Shown here: one piece after another, positions 18,990 through 25,888 of the stretch
Layout: every line of letters starts with the position of its first letter
Numbering within the stretch: the first letter of the stretch is position 1
From: a virus
Taxonomy: Duplodnaviria > Caudoviricetes
Direction: 5' to 3' (one strand)
DNA: 33,989 nt
IMG/VR virus record: IMGVR_UViG_3300047474_000200
Location: 1-33,989 of that record
The notes under the pieces: generated by a model
What the model saw: the letters and a program-made list of their open reading frames with translations, nothing else
Database searches by the model: none
What the model was told of the DNA's origin: nothing
Made by a program: the position numbers and the translations under genes

Positions 18990-20756
18990 ATGTTAAAGAT
19001 TAAATCATTAACTGTGAAGAATTTTATGAGTGTTGGTAACAACACACAGGGAGTAAAGTTTGACAGTGAAACACTTACATTAGTTTTAGGTAACAATTTA
19101 GACCTAGGCGGAGACGGTAGCAGAAATGGTACTGGTAAAACTACCATCATCAATGCTCTCAGTTATGCTCTTTACGGAGAAGCATTAACAAACATTAGAC
19201 GAGACAATCTTATAAACAAAACAAATGGCAAGAATATGGTTGTCAGTGTTGAGTTTGAAAAGAATGGCATTGAATACAAAATAGAAAGAGCAAGACGTCC
19301 TAACTTTTTAAAGTTTTATGTAAACGGTGAAGAGAAAGAAGACCAAGAACAACAAGGCGACAGCAGAGAAACACAAAAGGACATAGAAAAATTAATTGGC
19401 TTTAGTCATAATATGTTCAAACACATTGTTGCACTTAACACTTACACAGAACCTTTCTTAGGTATGAAGGCAAATGACCAACGTGCAATGATTGAGCAAC
19501 TGTTGGGCATAACAGAACTAAGTGAAAAAGCAGAAATACTCAAGGTCAGATTAAAAGATACCAGAGACACTATTAAAGAAGAAGAGATTAGAATAAATGC
19601 TGTTAAGGATAGCAACAGCAGAGTTGAAAAAAGTATTAAAGATATCGAAAGTCGCAGTAAGGCGTGGCAAAAGAACAGCAATGATAAAATTGCTAACTTC
19701 GAAACTGCTATTGCAACACTACAAGAGATAGATATCGACACTGAACTAGAGTCGCATACAATACTCTCCGAAATAAACGAGAAGTCTAACCTCAAAAAGC
19801 AACTGAAAAAAGATTTAGATGCAAGTGTATCTAGTCTTAAAAGATCCGATAATAGAATACAAGAATTAAAGGTGAACATTGAAAAAGCAAAAGAAGGTGT
19901 TTGCCCTGCTTGTGAACAAAGCACAGCACATTTAGATACTCACGAGGAATACACTAAAGATTTAGAAAGCAAACTAGCAACAGAGCAAGAACATTTCAAA
20001 GAACTAGATGAAAATATAGAAACTATCACAAAAGACATAGAAGACGTAGGTGATATTTCAGAAGAACCAGAAGTGTTTTATCGTACAAAAGAAGAAGCAA
20101 TAGCACACCAAAACAATTTAAACAATATTGCTCAGCAACTTAAAGATGCTGTGGCATTAGAAAACCCTTACATAGAGCAAATTAAAACATTACAAGAAAC
20201 AGGACTACAACCTATAAGTTGGGAAACTGTGAACGAGTTAAATGAGTTAAGAGAACATCAAGATTTCTTATATAAACTATTGACTTCCAAAGATAGTTTT
20301 ATTAGAAGACGTATAATTGACCAAAACTTAATGTTCCTGAATCATAGACTTGCAAACTACCTAGAACGCATAGGTTTACCACACGATGTTAAATTTAAGA
20401 GTGATTTAAGTGTAGAAATTACAGAGTTCGGACGTGACTTAGACTTTGATAACCTTAGCAGAGGAGAGCGAAATAGACTCATTTTAAGCCTTAGTTGGGC
20501 ATTTAGAGACATATATGAGAGTCTTAATCAGCCAATGAACTTCCTTTGCATAGACGAACTCATAGACAGTGGCTTAGACGGTGTAGGTGTAGAAAATGCT
20601 CTTAGCATACTTAAAAAGATGAGCAGAGAGCAGAACAAAAACATTTACTTAATCAGTCATAGGGAAGAACTACAAGGAAGAGTAAACAACGTACTAACGG
20701 TAATCAAGGAAGGAGGCTTCACTAGTTACAATACGGATACGGAGTATGTAAACTAA
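18990..20756 (+). CDS. gp46: Recombination ATPase subunit, Rad50/SbcC-like
   Basis: Walker A NGTGKTT, coiled coil with CPAC zinc hook, signature LSRGE, Walker B LCIDE, ISH H-loop. Confidence 0.95.
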   Translation: MLKIKSLTVKNFMSVGNNTQGVKFDSETLTLVLGNNLDLGGDGSRNGTGKTTIINALSYALYGEALTNIRRDNLINKTNGKNMVVSVEFEKNGIEYKIERARRPNFLKFYVNGEEKEDQEQQGDSRETQKDIEKLIGFSHNMFKHIVALNTYTEPFLGMKANDQRAMIEQLLGITELSEKAEILKVRLKDTRDTIKEEEIRINAVKDSNSRVEKSIKDIESRSKAWQKNSNDKIANFETAIATLQEIDIDTELESHTILSEINEKSNLKKQLKKDLDASVSSLKRSDNRIQELKVNIEKAKEGVCPACEQSTAHLDTHEEYTKDLESKLATEQEHFKELDENIETITKDIEDVGDISEEPEVFYRTKEEAIAHQNNLNNIAQQLKDAVALENPYIEQIKTLQETGLQPISWETVNELNELREHQDFLYKLLTSKDSFIRRRIIDQNLMFLNHRLANYLERIGLPHDVKFKSDLSVEITEFGRDLDFDNLSRGERNRLILSLSWAFRDIYESLNQPMNFLCIDELIDSGLDGVGVENALSILKKMSREQNKNIYLISHREELQGRVNNVLTVIKEGGFTSYNTDTEYVN

Positions 20757-21181
20757 TGAGCGATTGGTTACATAAAGGCAAAGTAGTAGACATACTTCCG
20801 GAAGATTGTGAAGCATTTGTTTACTTAATCACAAACAATCAAAACGGTATGAAGTACATTGGCAAGAAACTTGCCAAATTCAAAACAACAAAACCCCCAT
20901 TAAAAGGCAGAAAGAATAAAAGGCGTGGCACTAAAGAAAGTGACTGGCGTACTTATTGGGGAAGTAGTGACCACTTGAACGATGACGTATTAGAACTAGG
21001 CGAAGACCAATTTACTAGAGAGATATTAGAGTATTGTCCTAGCAGAGGAGTAGCAAGTTACGTTGAAGCGGAACTACAATTCAAACACAAAGTATTATTG
21101 AGTGACGATTATTACAACGGAATTATCAATGTAAGAGTCGGAGGTTCACAAATACTAAAAGAAGCACTGAAAGATAGATAA
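20756..21181 (+). CDS. Stand-alone GIY-YIG endonuclease (Seg-like catalytic domain)
   Basis: FVYLITN...KYIGKK, YWGSS, FTREIL, conserved E, YYN; 141 aa; TAATG-coupled to gp46. Confidence 0.88.
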   Translation: MSDWLHKGKVVDILPEDCEAFVYLITNNQNGMKYIGKKLAKFKTTKPPLKGRKNKRRGTKESDWRTYWGSSDHLNDDVLELGEDQFTREILEYCPSRGVASYVEAELQFKHKVLLSDDYYNGIINVRVGGSQILKEALKDR

Positions 21182-21189
21182 CTATTTTT

Positions 21190-21272
21190 GCAACAACAAA
21201 CATTACGGCACACACAGACACCAAGTCAAACACACAAGGCTACACAAGGCAAACATAGGTCCATACACCACC
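21190..21272 (+). repeat. AC-rich degenerate ~10-nt repeat tract (ACACAAGGC twice exactly)
   Basis: ACATTACGGC/ACACACAGAC/ACCAAGTC/AAACACACAAGGC/TACACAAGGC/AAACATAGGTC. Confidence 0.55.
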
Positions 21273-21600
21273 CCATCGAGGCTGATAATATCGATTACTT
21301 TGACAATCCGGCAATGGAAACACCCGGTGCGAGATTCTAGTATGTATGGCGGCAAATGAAATACAGACAAACGACAAACAGTATTAAAGGATCAGGCTCT
21401 GAGAAAAAGCAACCTGCAGTCAGTATAACCAAACTCTACAAGGTTATATTGGTTTCCGTGGGATTCGTGACAGTAGTGTATGAGGGGACAAGGCCCACCA
21501 CCTCTTTATAGCACCTGAGTTAGAGATGACGAGGCTCATCGAGATGAGATTTATTTTTCACCCGCAAGGGTGAATTATGACTCCACTTTCGAGATAAGCC
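21261..21600 (+). ncRNA. Candidate structured non-coding RNA (or ssDNA structure/origin) of unknown family
   Basis: No ORF of 60 aa or more; nested stems CCATACA/TGTATGG, ATCGA/TCGAT, CCGG/CCGG with TG-GAAA-CA, CAGTATAACC/GGTTATATTG, GAGG/CCTC, CTCATC/GATGAG, TTCACCC-GCAA-GGGTGAA. GNRA loops and G-U pairs favour the + strand. Boundaries approximate. Confidence 0.55.
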
Positions 21601-21671
21601 AATGTTAATTAAAAACATTTAAAACAAATGAAAGAGTGAAGTGAAACGAAACGATTGAATGTAGTTTTAAA

Positions 21672-21686
21672 AGACACGAAGTGTCT
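21672..21686 (+). other. AGACAC-GAA-GTGTCT hairpin (C-GNA-G triloop)
   Basis: Perfect 6-bp stem between convergent transcription units; could be a terminator or a DNA mini-hairpin. Confidence 0.55.
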
Positions 21687-21714
21687 ATAAAGTGTTTAAT
21701 TGTTTTTTAGTTGT

Positions 21715-21957
21715 TTATAATTGTTTCTGAGTCGAAACGCCTTGTGATGCTTTGATGGCATCGCTCTTTCTAACTAGTTCTTGTATTGCCATTTCTCTTT
21801 GATAATGAGACATTTCCCATACTTCGGAATAACTTATACCACCTTCGTAATTCATTACTATAAGTGTTAGGGATCTAACAATATCGTCTGATTCTTTTTT
21901 AATACGTCCTAAGTGCTCCTGAATCAGTTCAGGATCTTCAGTACTTAGGACCCTGTG
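21715..21957 (-). CDS. gp51-like frame; probable -1 frameshift extension of the gp26-like protein (80 codons)
   Basis: HRVLSTEDPELIQEHLGRIKKESDDIVRSLTLIVMNYEGGISYSEVWEMSHYQREMAIQELVRK...; the SYSEVWEM..YQRE segment resembles gp51 and tail-chaperone T segments. First ATG only at 21855, without a clear RBS. Confidence 0.7.
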   Translation of the reverse strand, partial: HRVLSTEDPELIQEHLGRIKKESDDIVRSLTLIVMNYEGGISYSEVWEMSHYQREMAIQELVRKSDAIKASQGVSTQKQL

Positions 21958-21963
21958 AAAAAA
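21906..21963 (-). promoter_or_regulatory. Programmed -1 ribosomal frameshift signal: T-TTT-TTC slippery heptamer plus stem-loop
   Basis: Heptamer 21963-21957 in the correct phase, 5-nt spacer, then GTCCTAAGT/ACTTAGGAC (9 bp) enclosing TCCTGAA-CTGA-TTCAGGA. Confidence 0.75.
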
Positions 21964-22838
21964 CTTACTGGATCAAACTCCAATGGTGTTTCATAATCGT
22001 GACCACATTCTCCACAAGTAGCAGATAGTGTTTCAGTTGAAATTGTGCTATTGTAATCTGCTATTGCTTGTTCAATCTGTTGACTGGTTTTAGCATCACA
22101 GTTGTTTAAAAATTCAGTAATATGTTCTCTGTCAGTAACAACTGTGTCTTGTGTTTCTTCTGAAGCATTCTTAATAGTTATAGACCTTATACTGTCTAAC
22201 ATAATCTGTAAGTTCAAATTTGCCATCTTGGTGAAAGCATTTCTGAATGTTTCCATTCTTTCTGTTTGTGTAACACCATCTTCGTCGGCAACATTTGCCA
22301 TACTGGCTAAAATAGAAGCATTTTCAAATGTGTATCTGTTAGTAGCCAATGTGGAATCGTAACTGACTGGTGTCAACACAATTTCTAAACCATTGTCTGT
22401 TTTAACTAGATGATTGTCTGAAAAAGGCTCAATGTTTGCAATAACATCACGCAAGTTCATATTGTATTTGCTTTCTGCTCTACATTCTGGGCACGTTTGA
22501 TTTATTTCTTGGTCATCGCCATATGTAGCACATCTAATACCAATCATTAATGATTGAGCATCTTTGGCTGTTAGTTTTGTTGGATATATAATTCCAGGTA
22601 CGCAACTTGCAATAACTTTGTAAACAGCATCTCCATTTAGTAGTGCATCAGGACTTCTTGTAATCATTTCGTCTTGTGCTGTCATAGGATAGACTGCTAA
22701 TTCTTCTCCTCTGTCGAATTTTATGTCTCCTGGCTCGTAAAATGCTCCACTACTGGGTAGTGAAATATATAATGCTGGATTTCTAAAGAACCCTTTCAGT
22801 GGGTTTACTGCATTGTTTTGTGTGTTAGTGTCGCTCAT
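21945..22838 (-). CDS. gp26: Baseplate hub assembly chaperone, gp26-like
   Basis: YISLPSSG, VYPMTAQDE, IRCATYG, two CxxC motifs (CPEC, CGEC), C-terminal SFF; GGAG RBS. Confidence 0.8.
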   Translation of the reverse strand: MSDTNTQNNAVNPLKGFFRNPALYISLPSSGAFYEPGDIKFDRGEELAVYPMTAQDEMITRSPDALLNGDAVYKVIASCVPGIIYPTKLTAKDAQSLMIGIRCATYGDDQEINQTCPECRAESKYNMNLRDVIANIEPFSDNHLVKTDNGLEIVLTPVSYDSTLATNRYTFENASILASMANVADEDGVTQTERMETFRNAFTKMANLNLQIMLDSIRSITIKNASEETQDTVVTDREHITEFLNNCDAKTSQQIEQAIADYNSTISTETLSATCGECGHDYETPLEFDPVSFFTGS

Positions 22839-22858
22839 TTCTGCTCCAAATTAGTTTT

Positions 22859-22914
22859 GATAAATAGTTATAACTTAACTAGGAAAGTATTTATCTTCGT
22901 AAAAACTAGTTTTA
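22859..22914. promoter_or_regulatory. Pair of opposed late-promoter octamers (+22859-22866; -22895-22888) and palindrome AAAAC-TA-GTTTT (22902-22913)
   Basis: GATAAATA on both strands within the 92-nt gap between the divergent gp26-like and tape-measure genes. Confidence 0.65.
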
Positions 22915-22930
22915 ATTGGATTCGTGATTA

Positions 22931-25810
22931 ATGGCAATAACATTAACAGAAATTGGAGGAAATAACAGTCAATTTAAGGTAGACGGTATACCTGATTTCA
23001 TCACGGAAAAAACAGCCAAAGATTTAGTCAACCTACTAAACAAAATGGGCGGAGGCTCTGTAGGGTCGACATCAACTAATCGAGTAAAAAATGCAGGAGG
23101 AGGCAAAGGCTCGTTTGATGATATCAAACGTACAGCAAATGATTTTGCAAACAACTTACGAAAAGAAAACAAAGAACGTAAAGGATTAGTAGATAACCTT
23201 AAACTCGAAAGAGGCCAATCGATGTTCAATCGAAAAGCCGCAGTGAGTTTGGGTAGAAGTTTTGGTGCATTAAGTTCTGCATTAGGCACAGCAGGTTTTG
23301 TGTTGTTGAGAACAGCGGCAACTTATGCCGGTGACGCAATGATGAAATATGTCGGTACTATGGAAGCCAGCATACAAGCAGGCACAGGTTTTGCATTGAA
23401 TGTAAACAGTTTTGCAAACAGACTTTCTTCAGAAGCAACAAGTATGGGTATAGGTTTTGATGAACTTGCAGGAATCTTTAACACCTTCTCCGGAGTAACA
23501 GTTCTAGGTGCTGAAAGATTCGGTGGGTTAACACAAGCAGTTACAGATGTAAACAGTCCTCTTATAGAGTTTGGATATACTATCGCTGAAGCCGCCGAAC
23601 TAGTAGGTAGAGAAACAGAATTTAGAATAAATCAAATTGGTGCGATAGACGTTGGGACTAAGTCCTTTAAATCGTCAATGTTAGAATCAGCAGACAGAGC
23701 CATCAAATACTCACAAGTGTTAGGTCAAAGTGTAAATGAGTTTATTGCATTAAGGCACGCCGCAATAAATTCAGGTGATGCATTAATAGGACTTGCAAAA
23801 GGCAGTAAAGAAGCCAGACAAATACAATTAGACACAATGACCAAGTTTGCAGATGAAATGATTAAAATGGGCGGAGAAGCAGGCAGTCAAATTGCTTCAG
23901 CATTTATAGATGCCGCAGGTAAAGGAGCATTAGGCTTTAGTGATGCCGCAGTCGGTATTGTGAGAGCATTGCCAGGAATGAACAAAGAGTTTCAAAATTT
24001 GCGAATGGCTATGCTCACAGGTGAATTAAACGAAGCAGAAATGCAAGAACGTATGAATAAGTTGCTAGGAAATCAAAGTGAAGCAACTAGGCAACGTTTA
24101 TTCATTCTTGCTAGGGCAGGCGATGAATCAGCCGCACAATTAATACAGTTCACAAACAATTTTGAAAGAGCACAAACAAGTATTACTATGTTTGGAATTA
24201 CAGCAGAAAAACTTACCAAAGACCAAGTGAAAAATTTCAGTGTGTTAAGAAGGGGTATAGATTCTGTGAGGGCAATGTTTGGGAATTTCCTTATAACACT
24301 ATTCAGTAATAAAAATGCTGTACAAGGAATGAATACAGCATTAATGAATTTGATGAACACAATAATTCCAGGATCTGCAACAATAGATGGTTTCAGCCAC
24401 AAACTCACTGTAAATGCTGATAAAATAACATTGGCGGCGACTAATTTCGGAGATAAATTTGGTAAGATGGCCATAAGGATGTCTGAACACGTTGAAAATT
24501 TTGTTAGAGCATTTAGAAGCAAAGAACAAAATGATTTAGCAGATAGAGCCAAAATGGCGCAGGAAAGTATAGCAGTTTCAACTAGAGAATTAGACGCCAG
24601 AAAAGCCAGGCTAAGAGATGATGACAGTTTAACTCAAGATGAACGAAATCGTATCACAGAAGAAATGAAAGTTCACGGAAAGAACATAGAGTCGCAAAAG
24701 AAACATATTGACGCCGCAAAAGATGTTCCAGGTCTGTTCGACGCATTAGGATCATCGTTGGCAAGTTTTGCCAATGTACTCAGTAGCATAGTAGACAAAA
24801 TGGAGTATATATTAGCGGCATTAGGTATGATGGTGCTAGGCCCATTAGTAGGACCAATTGTTAGAGGTAGCAGATTTATAGCAAATTCAGTTACTAGAAC
24901 TCCTACAGCAGGAGGCAGAGTTACCAATGCTGGTAGATTGGACCAACGTGGAAACGCATACAAAAATTTAAACAAAGGCCAACAAGCATTAGCAAGAACT
25001 ACTACAGGAACAAGTGCATTAAACTTTATGTCAAATACAAAAACCGGTAAAGTCTTAACTGGTGCTGGAAGAGTGGCAGGTCCTCTCAGTGCATTATTCT
25101 CAGGAATAAATGTAGCAGGAGATCTAAAGGCAGGTTTAAAAAATGGACAAGAACAATCCGGAAGAGATATTATAGAAACTTATGCACGAAGAGCCGAAGG
25201 TATAAGCGGCGGTATAGGTATGGGAATAGGAGCCTTAGGATTTCTATTAGGACCTGTAGGATTTTTAACTATGGCGGCAGGACAAATGATAGGTGATGCT
25301 ATAGGTGATGGATTTACGTGGAGTGCTGGAGAAATTGATAAGTTGCGTTCAGACCCAAATAATATAAATCAATATAAACAAATACTCACAGATGATTTCT
25401 TAGTACCATTTGGAGCATCAGCGGACGATGCCGTTGCAAAAACCAGTGAAGCATTCTCAAACATATTGATGCAAAGTTTACAAGCAGAAGACACATACCT
25501 TGACACACAGTTAAGCATACTGCAAGATGACTTATCAAGTGCTACAAACAAAAAAGCCAGAAAGAGAATCGAAAAAGATATAAAGGCTGTTAAAGAACGC
25601 CAAGAAGCAATGATGCAGAATAGTGCTAAACAACTAGGTATTGATATGGATGCTGAGTACAAAGAAGGCTCAGAAGAATACAAAATGCAACAAGCAATCA
25701 AAAATGCGGCTAGCACAGACAATTCTGATACTGAACTGAAAAACTCTATATTACAACAAGAACAAGCAACATTCCTAAGAAAAATTTATCAACATATATC
25801 CAATATGTAA
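22931..25810 (+). CDS. Putative tail tape-measure protein
   Basis: 959 aa, Ala/Gly/Leu-rich and helical with hydrophobic Gly-rich segments (ILAALGMMVLGPLVGPIV; GIGMGIGALGFLLGPVGFLTMAAG); adjacent to the gp26-like chaperone. Confidence 0.72.
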   Translation: MAITLTEIGGNNSQFKVDGIPDFITEKTAKDLVNLLNKMGGGSVGSTSTNRVKNAGGGKGSFDDIKRTANDFANNLRKENKERKGLVDNLKLERGQSMFNRKAAVSLGRSFGALSSALGTAGFVLLRTAATYAGDAMMKYVGTMEASIQAGTGFALNVNSFANRLSSEATSMGIGFDELAGIFNTFSGVTVLGAERFGGLTQAVTDVNSPLIEFGYTIAEAAELVGRETEFRINQIGAIDVGTKSFKSSMLESADRAIKYSQVLGQSVNEFIALRHAAINSGDALIGLAKGSKEARQIQLDTMTKFADEMIKMGGEAGSQIASAFIDAAGKGALGFSDAAVGIVRALPGMNKEFQNLRMAMLTGELNEAEMQERMNKLLGNQSEATRQRLFILARAGDESAAQLIQFTNNFERAQTSITMFGITAEKLTKDQVKNFSVLRRGIDSVRAMFGNFLITLFSNKNAVQGMNTALMNLMNTIIPGSATIDGFSHKLTVNADKITLAATNFGDKFGKMAIRMSEHVENFVRAFRSKEQNDLADRAKMAQESIAVSTRELDARKARLRDDDSLTQDERNRITEEMKVHGKNIESQKKHIDAAKDVPGLFDALGSSLASFANVLSSIVDKMEYILAALGMMVLGPLVGPIVRGSRFIANSVTRTPTAGGRVTNAGRLDQRGNAYKNLNKGQQALARTTTGTSALNFMSNTKTGKVLTGAGRVAGPLSALFSGINVAGDLKAGLKNGQEQSGRDIIETYARRAEGISGGIGMGIGALGFLLGPVGFLTMAAGQMIGDAIGDGFTWSAGEIDKLRSDPNNINQYKQILTDDFLVPFGASADDAVAKTSEAFSNILMQSLQAEDTYLDTQLSILQDDLSSATNKKARKRIEKDIKAVKERQEAMMQNSAKQLGIDMDAEYKEGSEEYKMQQAIKNAASTDNSDTELKNSILQQEQATFLRKIYQHISNM

Positions 25811-25851
25811 TAACACTCCAGCCACAACAATCGTTTCGATTGACATCAATT

Positions 25852-25859
25852 GATAAATA
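25852..25859 (+). promoter_or_regulatory. Putative late promoter GATAAATA upstream of portal
   Basis: Exact octamer about 30 nt before ATG 25889. Confidence 0.7.
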
Positions 25860-25888
25860 TAGTAATATAAACACTATAAGAGAAATAT

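Noticed and set aside
20455-20469. LSRGE instead of LSGGE as a sign of inactive gp46
   Set aside because: All other ABC motifs and the zinc hook are intact; this position varies among phage gp46 proteins.
20756-21181. Mobile intron- or intein-encoded homing endonuclease
   Set aside because: Free-standing, does not interrupt a gene, and lacks C-terminal DNA-binding modules.
21190-21272. CRISPR or guide-RNA array
   Set aside because: Units are about 10 nt, degenerate and lack unique spacers; no cas-like gene in the window.
21261-21600. tRNA, tmRNA or self-splicing intron
   Set aside because: No cloverleaf or T-loop, no tag frame, no recognisable intron core; flanking genes are complete and convergent, so there are no exons to join.
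21945-21963. Sequencing error or pseudogene in the A6 run splitting gp26/gp51
   Set aside because: Cannot be excluded without reads, but the in-phase heptamer with a correctly spaced strong hairpin and a gp26-like FF ending argue for a programmed signal.
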